From a virus (Duplodnaviria > Caudoviricetes): a stretch of 34,831 nt of DNA. The stretch lies in IMG/VR virus record IMGVR_UViG_3300017913_002239, positions 1 through 34,831 of that record; one strand, written 5' to 3'. The notes under the pieces were generated by a model. It was given only the letters and a program-made list of their open reading frames with translations. It had not been told where the DNA came from and did no database searches. Below, in pieces: positions 8,604 through 16,594 of this stretch (within the stretch, counting starts at the first letter, position 1; each line of letters starts with the position of its first letter). The position numbers and the translations under genes are program-made.

Positions 8604-9552
8604 TTGCCACCATAGACATATCTTTTATTAAAATATCATACCAATTGATATTTCGTATTACTGATTTATTATGCTCAATTATTAGCTTGCATTGTTGATA
8701 CATCGTCAATGGATCTTGCAACATTAAAAATTCAATCTGGTTCCATGCTTTTTTATAGCGTAATTCATTATTAGGTTCCTGGTCGTAACTTTCGTCGATT
8801 ATTATGTCAAAAGTTTTGAATCCTAAGGTTTTTAATTTTTCAAGCATTCGGTATTGTCCGAATAGCACAAATATTCTACCAGCAATAAGTGGTTTTGCTA
8901 TTTTTTCAGTAAAGAACAAATTATCTCCGGTACCACGAGTTTCACATACCAGACTATACCAAGTTTTATTGTAGATATCATAAGGTACAAAACAACTTGT
9001 ATTCGCTGTTTGCAGACCGTTGTAGTTTAAAACATTACTACCATTTTCGTGCTCGCCGCCTGACACATAACCGTCGGGTATTGTGTCGCATTGCGATTTG
9101 CACGATCCTGTTATGAACTTATTCATCCCATGCGATTGTATAGACTCTAACACAAACTGTTTATGTGGGCGATCATACATTGTTCCTAATAAGGAATCAA
9201 ATAAAATATCTGAATTCTTGTTATTGGCAGGAAGTAATTTTTTACAAAGGCTCATGTGTTCTTCAACTTGTCTGACCCAATCTAGCCAAAACAAATATGT
9301 ATGAATCCTCTCGTGGCTACTTACTGTACCGTCCCACGTCTGTATTCTATTGTCTTTATTGATATAGTTGTGCGAATCGCACTCGTGCGATACTACAAAA
9401 ATTTTTTCGGCGGTATCAAATGCTGGGAGTTCAAATAATTTGTCCCAACTAGAATCTACTCCATAATTAACGTTATAAAATATATTTTTTGATTTATCAA
9501 ATCCAAGGTCTTCCCATATTCCCTTGAAATTTGTATAATTGTAAATGTTCAT
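8584..9552 (-). CDS. GT-B / GT10-like putative glycosyltransferase (phage family)
   Basis: YSLVCET...FFTEKIAKPL...LKTLGFKTF..IIDESYD resembles the GT10 FEN...TEK motif. Confidence 0.45.
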   Translation of the reverse strand: MNIYNYTNFKGIWEDLGFDKSKNIFYNVNYGVDSSWDKLFELPAFDTAEKIFVVSHECDSHNYINKDNRIQTWDGTVSSHERIHTYLFWLDWVRQVEEHMSLCKKLLPANNKNSDILFDSLLGTMYDRPHKQFVLESIQSHGMNKFITGSCKSQCDTIPDGYVSGGEHENGSNVLNYNGLQTANTSCFVPYDIYNKTWYSLVCETRGTGDNLFFTEKIAKPLIAGRIFVLFGQYRMLEKLKTLGFKTFDIIIDESYDQEPNNELRYKKAWNQIEFLMLQDPLTMYQQCKLIIEHNKSVIRNINWYDILIKDMSMVANGVCYE

Positions 9553-9914
9553 CCGCTTAAATGATCAATTTTAAATTCTTTAACAGAACATCCTAATGCA
9601 GAAGCAATAGTATTTTTTATTTTAACACGTTGTGAATTTTTGTCTCTTATAGCTATTGCTCTTCGTCCGATTTCTTCCAGAGGCAGGTCTTGTTCTGTAC
9701 CTGTTTTGAGTTCTTTTTCTAAATCCCAAATTCCCAAATGTATGTTTTTTAATTCTGCAATAAGATGTTCTATTGTATCTAGATTATAAATCTTAATTTG
9801 ATGCGCATAAAACTCCAATTCATTTTGATTATCTCCGCCTTTTTCGTTTTTTATAACTGCAATAATATATCTGTCAATCAATTCTGTAACTGGAAATGTA
9901 GGTACAATAGTCAT
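9549..9914 (-). CDS. Small helical protein (DUF4254/DUF6165-like) of glycosylation clusters
   Basis: ELIDR..I..IK...L...H..IWDLE...R.I...N..R..IK..I pattern. Confidence 0.5.
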   Translation of the reverse strand: MTIVPTFPVTELIDRYIIAVIKNEKGGDNQNELEFYAHQIKIYNLDTIEHLIAELKNIHLGIWDLEKELKTGTEQDLPLEEIGRRAIAIRDKNSQRVKIKNTIASALGCSVKEFKIDHLSG

Positions 9915-10537
9915 TTTGAAGTGCTCTTGTTAATAGTTATAGTTCTGCAATCAGGGTAGTTATAATATTTGTCCAACTGCTGAGTAAAGTTTCTTGCTTG
10001 TAATTTAGAAAGTCCAATCACGGCTTCCTCTGGCCTCATATAATAATGGTAGCCTACTTCGAATATTTCTTGATCTGCCCACGGACTAAATTCAAAAATA
10101 TCTCTGCCGTCATAACGCATACGACTAAACTTTTTGTAAAGTTTGTAATCATCTGTTAGTATGATTCCTCCTACGCCAATTTCCAATGGCTTGGTTCTTC
10201 CGAAACTCAAACACTGAATCTGTCCTGGCACATACATATTTTCTTCCAAGTGCCTTGCACAATCCCAGATTCTAGTATTTTCAAAACAGTAACTTCCTTT
10301 CCACTCCTGGTCAACGAGAGTGTATTCGATGTCAAGTTTGTGCATTAGCATAGGAACACTAAGATATGTTCTGGCAGGAAAACTAGTAGTTTTAGGGTCG
10401 TCAACTCGAAATGCTAATTCTAACGCATGGGTACAACAATCAGTTGTGACTGCATAAGGTGCGCCAGTATATTCTGCAAACTCTTTTTCAAACTTCTTAA
10501 TTGCATCAAAAGGGTTGTTAAAATCCTTAATATTCAT
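9911..10537 (-). CDS. Short DegT-like PLP aminotransferase
   Basis: FEKEFAEYTGAPYAV.TDCCTHAL, WDCA, LSFGRTKPL..G.GG..LTDD; only 208 aa, lacks the C-terminal small domain. Confidence 0.75.
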   Translation of the reverse strand: MNIKDFNNPFDAIKKFEKEFAEYTGAPYAVTTDCCTHALELAFRVDDPKTTSFPARTYLSVPMLMHKLDIEYTLVDQEWKGSYCFENTRIWDCARHLEENMYVPGQIQCLSFGRTKPLEIGVGGIILTDDYKLYKKFSRMRYDGRDIFEFSPWADQEIFEVGYHYYMRPEEAVIGLSKLQARNFTQQLDKYYNYPDCRTITINKSTSK

Positions 10538-10539
10538 TT

Positions 10540-11274
10540 CTATAAAATCTCTATAACACGTTTATATAGCTCGTGGTGCCAATTTAATCTTCCATGCTCC
10601 CATGCTATCCAGCGTGGGTTATTCTGCCACGCTTCCCATTTTGTAGTAAAATCTTCCATTGCCTGTATCATTAAATCTTTCTTAAATTTTCTACTATGAT
10701 CTTGGCAGTATTTCATTAACACCTGTCCAAATCGTTCAATGCTATCCCTGTCGCTAAAATAACTGTTATCAGTATGCTTTGCCCAAAGATCATCGCCTGA
10801 TGGTAAAACACGGTCAAAGTAATCGTTCCAAACAGGATGCATTTTTGTATTGCCGCTAGCAATTAAGATAGGAAGATTATATGCTTCTAATTGTTTAGCT
10901 AGTTTATGAACTATAGGACTTAGTATATCTTCAACTGAATCACCATTAAAATCAAAATCTTGTCGAGAAACACCACGGAATAACATGTCATCGTGTATCT
11001 GTCGACGAAACGATCTGCTGGTATAATTCCTAAATCTTCTCATCAATGCACATTGCATAAAAATAACAACGTCAGGACGCCAGTTGGTATGACTAAAAAA
11101 GGTATCTATTTTTTGTAATTGTAGTTCATTACTACTGCCTTGCACTGCTAAATTTATTACTGAGTGCCCGTCTTCGACCAGAAACGATTGTAGTCCTGGG
11201 TGAGTTGGTTCCAACACCTCGGGTATCTGATAACATCCATGCATCCAACTATCACCACACAATAATAGTTTCAT
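10540..11274 (-). CDS. SGNH hydrolase-like protein (divergent C-terminus)
   Basis: LLCGDSW, NLAVQGSSN; canonical DxxHP replaced by EHGRLNWHH. Confidence 0.55.
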   Translation of the reverse strand: MKLLLCGDSWMHGCYQIPEVLEPTHPGLQSFLVEDGHSVINLAVQGSSNELQLQKIDTFFSHTNWRPDVVIFMQCALMRRFRNYTSRSFRRQIHDDMLFRGVSRQDFDFNGDSVEDILSPIVHKLAKQLEAYNLPILIASGNTKMHPVWNDYFDRVLPSGDDLWAKHTDNSYFSDRDSIERFGQVLMKYCQDHSRKFKKDLMIQAMEDFTTKWEAWQNNPRWIAWEHGRLNWHHELYKRVIEIL

Positions 11275-11289
11275 TTCTTAGTCTGTCCA

Positions 11290-12315
11290 TTATCTGTACA
11301 ATACCTCAATCAACTCGGGGCGGTCTATTACTTCTTGTATACGATTATTAGTAGCATTAGGTCTGCACGGTTGGCACATTTGTACCATAGTGCGATTGTA
11401 TATTTCGTGGTGTTTATCGTTCATCCATTGATCACGAAAATCTTTTTCGTCCCACTTGCCAATTGAAAAGTCTGGATTTCCTTTGTTGTCACAGCAAACA
11501 TAGATTTCTCCGTCAGCGCAGAATATAGGAAAATGAAACATCTGATGACATTTATAATATTTTCTAGGTTGATTTTTTGTAGTGTTTATTTTGTATTTGA
11601 CACCAGTATTTTGACTGGCTAAAGAACACCAATTACGATATTGATCAGAAATTTCATGCGCTTGGTTATTATATATTACTGGCCGAAAGTACAATAAACG
11701 TGCTTTGACGCTTCTTGAATATTCAAAAATATCATTTACTGCTTGTTGGTTGTCATTATATGGATTTACCAAGCATTTAAGGTCTACATTTAGTCCCATG
11801 TCGGTTGCAGTCTTGACATTTTCTTTAACTTGGTTAAACCAACTGGACCCACCTAAACTGTGTCTTATTTCTTCGTATAATCCTTGGCTACCTGCGTCGA
11901 TATCTACTCCGATCCAGGCCATCTTTTTTAATTTTTCAACATCTACATTATGTAATAATTTATGTAATTTTGTACCATTGGTAGTTAGACTTGTAAGAAA
12001 TCCATGATCGATGGTATGTTCGATTACTGATTCGTAGTTAGTTAAGACAGTTGGCTCTCCGCCTCCCGGGTATGTAATAGTATGGGTAGTGCCGTAACTA
12101 TTAGGACTATGTGCCCGCCAGCCGGCAAGTTTGTCTAGTAAAGATATGTACTCCTGATAATCTTTTTGGACAGGCAATCTTGCTCTGTGGTCAGCACTGT
12201 TGCAATAATAACAATCTTGATTACATATGTTTGTTAAGTCTATATCTACTTGTGCAGGCAATAAAATCTTTGTTTTGTTCTGCATCCAGTGAACTAGCTC
12301 TGCTTCGTTATACAT
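11290..12315 (-). CDS. Radical SAM protein with SPASM/twitch domain
   Basis: CNQDCYYC, GGGEP, TNG; C-terminal C...DGEIYVCC...C..C. Confidence 0.9.
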   Translation of the reverse strand: MYNEAELVHWMQNKTKILLPAQVDIDLTNICNQDCYYCNSADHRARLPVQKDYQEYISLLDKLAGWRAHSPNSYGTTHTITYPGGGEPTVLTNYESVIEHTIDHGFLTSLTTNGTKLHKLLHNVDVEKLKKMAWIGVDIDAGSQGLYEEIRHSLGGSSWFNQVKENVKTATDMGLNVDLKCLVNPYNDNQQAVNDIFEYSRSVKARLLYFRPVIYNNQAHEISDQYRNWCSLASQNTGVKYKINTTKNQPRKYYKCHQMFHFPIFCADGEIYVCCDNKGNPDFSIGKWDEKDFRDQWMNDKHHEIYNRTMVQMCQPCRPNATNNRIQEVIDRPELIEVLYR

Positions 12316-12319
12316 TTAA

Positions 12320-13270
12320 CTACTTATTATACCAGTCCCATGCGTGTTGAATTATGTTTTTCAAGTCGTACATAGGACTCCAGCCTGTGGTATTGTAAAA
12401 CTTTTCAGCACTGCACGTTAGTACAGCCGGGTCTCCCTGTCGAGCTGGACCTTGAGTTACTGTTGCAGTTTTTCTTGTAACCTCGAAAGCAGTTTCTATA
12501 ATTTGTTTGTTGCTATAACCTTCGCCTGTGCCTAAGTTATATACACCTTGTACATTGTCATTTTCAACTGCAAGTAGATGTGCTCTTGCCAGATCGTCGA
12601 TATGTATATAATCGCGAATGCATGTACCGTCTGAAGTTGGATACTGTATACCGTACAATGTAAAATCTTGATTGTACTTTATAGATTGTAAAATCCTAGC
12701 TATAATGTGTGTAGCATTTTCCTCTTGTCCGTGCTTGCCTTTTGGATCAGCGCCGCATACATTAAAGTATCTAAACGCAACATATCTTTTATTGTATGCT
12801 TTTTCATAGCTAGCCAACATCATCTCTACCATGAGTTTGCTTTCGCCATATGGACTAACCGGCAGAGGAGGATCTTCTTCTCTACACGGTATCATCACTG
12901 GCTCTCCGTACGTTGCTGCACTGCTACTAAAAATAAATTTTGTAGACAGATCCTTATCTACTAAGAAGTCCAATAACTTTTTAGTAGTAACAAAATTGTT
13001 TTCATAATAAACTCGAGGATTGTGTACACTAGGACCTACTAGACTGGTGCCGGCACAGTGAACAATAGCACAAGGGTTAGCTTTTTCGATTATGTAAAGT
13101 GCTTCGTCGCTGGAAAAATCACTTACTAAAAATTTGCTAAAGCATGTTCTAAGAGCCACCGCTGGTTCTTTAGAATCAATACCAATTACCTGGTAACCTG
13201 CGTTGTGAAACACGATAGCAGTTTGACCGCCGATGTATCCGCCTGCACCTGTAATTACTACTGTTTCCAT
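12320..13270 (-). CDS. galE: UDP-glucose 4-epimerase
   Basis: ITGAGGYIG, FSSSAATYG, PYGESK, FRYFNVCGA, DGTCIRDYIHIDDLA, R.GDPAVL. Start METV at 13270 follows a GAGGA RBS. Confidence 0.9.
   Translation of the reverse strand: METVVITGAGGYIGGQTAIVFHNAGYQVIGIDSKEPAVALRTCFSKFLVSDFSSDEALYIIEKANPCAIVHCAGTSLVGPSVHNPRVYYENNFVTTKKLLDFLVDKDLSTKFIFSSSAATYGEPVMIPCREEDPPLPVSPYGESKLMVEMMLASYEKAYNKRYVAFRYFNVCGADPKGKHGQEENATHIIARILQSIKYNQDFTLYGIQYPTSDGTCIRDYIHIDDLARAHLLAVENDNVQGVYNLGTGEGYSNKQIIETAFEVTRKTATVTQGPARQGDPAVLTCSAEKFYNTTGWSPMYDLKNIIQHAWDWYNK
12321..12326 (-). promoter_or_regulatory. TAAGTA late-promoter-like motif 5 nt before the radical SAM ATG
   Basis: Minus strand TAAGTAGTTAAATG with no SD; the same motif occurs at 31862 and 31248. 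Confidence 0.4.
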
Positions 13271-13271
13271 A

Positions 13272-14468
13272 TTAATCCTCAATCTTTACTACAGCGTATT
13301 TAGATCCTGCAACATGATCTCGATATCTGTTGCCTGCACGATTCCACTGCTCGCCATTGCCCAGCATGATGTCTACAATGCGATCGATAGTGCCGTTGTT
13401 CCAGTCACTAATCAGACCCATGTTGTGATGTGGTGCATTTAACAAGTTAGTTAGTTTGTTTTCTGCATCATCAATACTCCAAGGCACATACAGTCGATCT
13501 GGGTCGTTAGCAAACGTTTCCGGGAAACTGCGATAAGCAGGATACAGCACATTGGTTCCGCAAGCATCTGCTTCGCTGACGGTGTTACTCACCCAGTCCT
13601 GCAATGCACAGTTGAACATCACACGACTGTTGTTTAGGATTGCGTAGTATTGATTCTTTTGCAAATTCTCAAAGATTTGCAATTTGCCTGCATCTTCAAG
13701 TGCTCTTGCACGTTCAATGTATTTTGGATTGTTACTCCGTAGTGGGCCGCCTTGACAAATAGCAAACTGTGTATCAGGGTATGCTTCTGTGTAACGCTCC
13801 ACAAGATCCATAAAAAAGTCTGGTTGCTTTTCTTGATCAAATCTTGCACCAAACACTACCCTGCGTTCACGATCCTCAAACGGAATTAACGTACCCACAC
13901 GCTCTTGCACTTCCTCTTTGCCAAATGCAAGTCCTGAGATATTGTACAGTGGAGCAGTGTAGCCTGCAATCTTCATGTGTGCAACCATTTCTTCGTTGGT
14001 TGCTAGCACACGCACACCTGGAATTTGATTGACCATACGCTCGTATGTGCTCATCCATTCAGCCATATTGCCCCAAACATGCACAAAGTCATCAGGATCA
14101 ATGGCCTGTGCTAGACAACGTACATAGATAATGGGCTGATCCTTTTGAGGAACTTGGTTAATAATGTATGGCAAGCTCTCAATGCCCGGATGGAACATGT
14201 CCTCAAAATAGATTACATCTTCACTAGTAACTTCACCATTACGCATCAATTGTACAAGGTTCATCATCTGACTCATAGCAAAGTAACTACGTCCATGTGC
14301 ATCAAGCACTTGTCCTACGCTGATAGCCTTTGTGTCATCAATGGTTTCGCCAGGAACATACACAACGTCTAACCCGCGGCGTTCAAAAACCCTACGGTTC
14401 CAGTCTGTAAGTTGAAGAGTGTAGCGGGCCTCATAACTTTCGAGACCCATGTAGTATAGCTTGCGCAT
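13272..14468 (-). CDS. GT-B (GT4-like) glycosyltransferase
   Basis: VVFGARFDQEKQP, ALQDWVSNTVSEA...G...LYP....FPE: GT4-like C-terminal nucleotide-sugar domain. Confidence 0.75.
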   Translation of the reverse strand: MRKLYYMGLESYEARYTLQLTDWNRRVFERRGLDVVYVPGETIDDTKAISVGQVLDAHGRSYFAMSQMMNLVQLMRNGEVTSEDVIYFEDMFHPGIESLPYIINQVPQKDQPIIYVRCLAQAIDPDDFVHVWGNMAEWMSTYERMVNQIPGVRVLATNEEMVAHMKIAGYTAPLYNISGLAFGKEEVQERVGTLIPFEDRERRVVFGARFDQEKQPDFFMDLVERYTEAYPDTQFAICQGGPLRSNNPKYIERARALEDAGKLQIFENLQKNQYYAILNNSRVMFNCALQDWVSNTVSEADACGTNVLYPAYRSFPETFANDPDRLYVPWSIDDAENKLTNLLNAPHHNMGLISDWNNGTIDRIVDIMLGNGEQWNRAGNRYRDHVAGSKYAVVKIED

Positions 14469-14470
14469 GA

Positions 14471-14674
14471 TTAGTACCTGCGTGGCGGACGACCAGCGTC
14501 AATGCTCCACATGTCTTTAGCATTTTTACCAGCTAAAAACTTGCGATACTGCTGATACGGATATTTTTTATTGTTGTACAAATCCGCTTCGTTGAAACGG
14601 TACCCATAGTTGCGACAAAAATCGAGATATAAATCAAGATCTTGCCAGATTTGCTTTATGTTAAGTTTTTTCAT
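14471..14674 (-). CDS. Hypothetical phage protein
   Basis: 67 aa, AGGA RBS, in tight gene order. Confidence 0.7.
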   Translation of the reverse strand: MKKLNIKQIWQDLDLYLDFCRNYGYRFNEADLYNNKKYPYQQYRKFLAGKNAKDMWSIDAGRPPRRY

Positions 14675-14684
14675 AAGATTCCTC

Positions 14685-15452
14685 TTATATGTTGTAGTGT
14701 TTTAAGGTTTTTGTAAAAAGATTCCAAGCATGATACCTGGCACCTGGCGCAAAATTGTTATTGAGTTTTGCGGGCATAAAATAAGATTTTACAATCATAT
14801 TATTCATATAATCCCGACTTTCAAAAGTTAGTATACTATCTATGCCTTTTGGTAGACCGTAGTCTAAAAAATCATTAGCATCGTGCGAAGGTTTGTGCCA
14901 AAACATAATACTGTGCCCGGCTAAAAAAGGAACAAAATTATTTTTTATTAGTTTATCTAAACAAACCTGTTCTACTGAATTTTGATAACAATTGTCAATT
15001 GCTATTACTGTATCCTCGTGAGAATTTGAAATACAGGTATTAACATCTGCAGTAATATCATCCAACTTTATGCTACCATCAATGTGTATAAAATCAAATT
15101 TACAACTACTTGAATAATTTTTACTAGGCATATGATTTATTTCAAATGATACGTCTTTATAAATTGTATTAAAAAAGTTAAGATGTTCGTAATTGATATC
15201 AACACTGGTTATATTTGCCTGAGATGCTTCGTACAGAAGTCCTAATGATTGTCCTACATGAAATCCTATTTCAAGTATCTTTTTTGGTTTGAAGTATTCT
15301 GCAACCTTCCATAACAAAAAAAGATCTACATGACCGTAATACATTACATTCTTATCCGGTAAATTAAACTCTAATTCTTCGTTGTCTAGATTAGTTTTAA
15401 TTTTGATAAAATTTAAATAATTTTTTATAGCAATAGATGCATGTAGTTTCAT
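14685..15452 (-). CDS. Class I SAM-dependent methyltransferase (Methyltransf_24-like)
   Basis: KPKKILEIGFHVGQS, SVDI, FDFIHIDG, IAIDN. Confidence 0.8.
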   Translation of the reverse strand: MKLHASIAIKNYLNFIKIKTNLDNEELEFNLPDKNVMYYGHVDLFLLWKVAEYFKPKKILEIGFHVGQSLGLLYEASQANITSVDINYEHLNFFNTIYKDVSFEINHMPSKNYSSSCKFDFIHIDGSIKLDDITADVNTCISNSHEDTVIAIDNCYQNSVEQVCLDKLIKNNFVPFLAGHSIMFWHKPSHDANDFLDYGLPKGIDSILTFESRDYMNNMIVKSYFMPAKLNNNFAPGARYHAWNLFTKTLKHYNI

Positions 15453-15898
15453 TAGATAACAATTGACTGACTAGGTCTAGTTGTGTTGTAGGTTATTTGA
15501 CATCCGTTCTCGTTGTCCTCAGCTACACTGATTATTACGGAACGGCCCGGATAGCGTTCTGCTATTTTAATATATAGCTCATCTGCAATCATCTCGCAAC
15601 TTTTATAGTCTAGTTGTAGCACTCCCTCTTCACTATAAAGTCGCTCGAGCCAGCGTTTGAATTGGATGAATTCGATGTCTCGATCGTTGTGGAACACTTC
15701 AATGCACACCCTAAAGTGAAAGATATGGCGATGAGGAACACCAAGGAACGAAACATCGTCCCAGCCACCTGTTGCAAGCATTGGATCTGTGTCTGCACCT
15801 GGGTACTTGTGTACACCTTCTTTGGTAAAAGTTACCCATATTTCTCGCTGGGCTTTTTCTACCCTGCGATCGATAATTGCTCGTTGTTCTTGGTTCAT
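15452..15898 (-). CDS. QueD/PTPS-like T-fold protein with LxxxHRHxF (DpdL-like)
   Basis: FLGVPHRHIFHF in place of the QueD CxxxHGH; SCEMIA and EDNENG also conserved. Confidence 0.75.
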   Translation of the reverse strand: MNQEQRAIIDRRVEKAQREIWVTFTKEGVHKYPGADTDPMLATGGWDDVSFLGVPHRHIFHFRVCIEVFHNDRDIEFIQFKRWLERLYSEEGVLQLDYKSCEMIADELYIKIAERYPGRSVIISVAEDNENGCQITYNTTRPSQSIVI

Positions 15899-16395
15899 AG
15901 TTTTGTATCGCCTTTGTAATCTCTCCAGTCAGTGTAAGTATCTCTACTCATTAGATCGTGCAATCTATGACACCATACTCCTGGATTGGTTGCTTTAAAA
16001 TCTCGATCATCCAACTTGATCATTGTGTTGTAGTTCCACTGTTTTATATACGGAAGTGCAACACGCAGTTGTGGGATAAAGTTTTCGTATTCTACCAATG
16101 GGCCTTCTAAGAATTGCTCTGCTTGTGTAATAGGAATATCCAATGTACACAGTAAATCTTTGTCCAAGAAGTAACCGATCATTTTATCCCATGATTCGTA
16201 TTCGTCAACATCAGCAGGATCAAAACTGTGATTTGCACCAAAGAAAATATGATCAATACCTGCATACAAATGCTTTTCGATGTCTTCTATCGGCTGTACA
16301 CCTACGACAAATAAAGTTTTCATTCCAAATGCTGGTGTACGTTCTACTTCAGTGCCCAAGAAGTAATTTGTATCCTCGTGACCTTCTCTATTCAT
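15895..16395 (-). CDS. Hypothetical protein in the deazaguanine module
   Basis: 166 aa, overlaps both neighbours; HIFFGANHSF, DFKATNPGVWCH. Confidence 0.75.
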   Translation of the reverse strand: MNREGHEDTNYFLGTEVERTPAFGMKTLFVVGVQPIEDIEKHLYAGIDHIFFGANHSFDPADVDEYESWDKMIGYFLDKDLLCTLDIPITQAEQFLEGPLVEYENFIPQLRVALPYIKQWNYNTMIKLDDRDFKATNPGVWCHRLHDLMSRDTYTDWRDYKGDTKL

Positions 16396-16594
16396 CCCAA
16401 TCTAATCGCTCGTGTGTTTCTTCGTGTAATTGTTTCTGTATTGTAGCAATTTCGTCACGATATTGCAACCGTTTTTTCTTCAAATCTGCAACGTCTTCTG
16501 TGTGCGTCACAGTGTGTTTTGTAAGGTCATCAATTTTATGATCTAGCATTTTGTGTTGTTCTTGTAGCCAGTTTAATCTATCCTTAAGATTCAT
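16388..16594 (-). CDS. DUF465/YdcH-like small coiled-coil protein
   Basis: L...H..LD..I..L.......V..LKKKRLQYRDEI. Start MNLK at 16594 follows GGAG. Confidence 0.65.
   Translation of the reverse strand: MNLKDRLNWLQEQHKMLDHKIDDLTKHTVTHTEDVADLKKKRLQYRDEIATIQKQLHEETHERLDWDE

Noticed and set aside
11290-12315. Radical SAM protein as the missing QueE
   Set aside because: At 341 aa with a SPASM/twitch Cys cluster and no QueE N-terminal E.F.S.QGEG motif it does not fit QueE; the same applies to 26227-27069.
7143-15898. Pterin-glycoside (cyanopterin/biopterin glucoside) pathway from FolE, PTPS and GT
   Set aside because: Not excluded, but ranked lower: no sepiapterin reductase is seen, the T-fold protein lacks the PTPS Cys, and it is translationally coupled to the TGT block.
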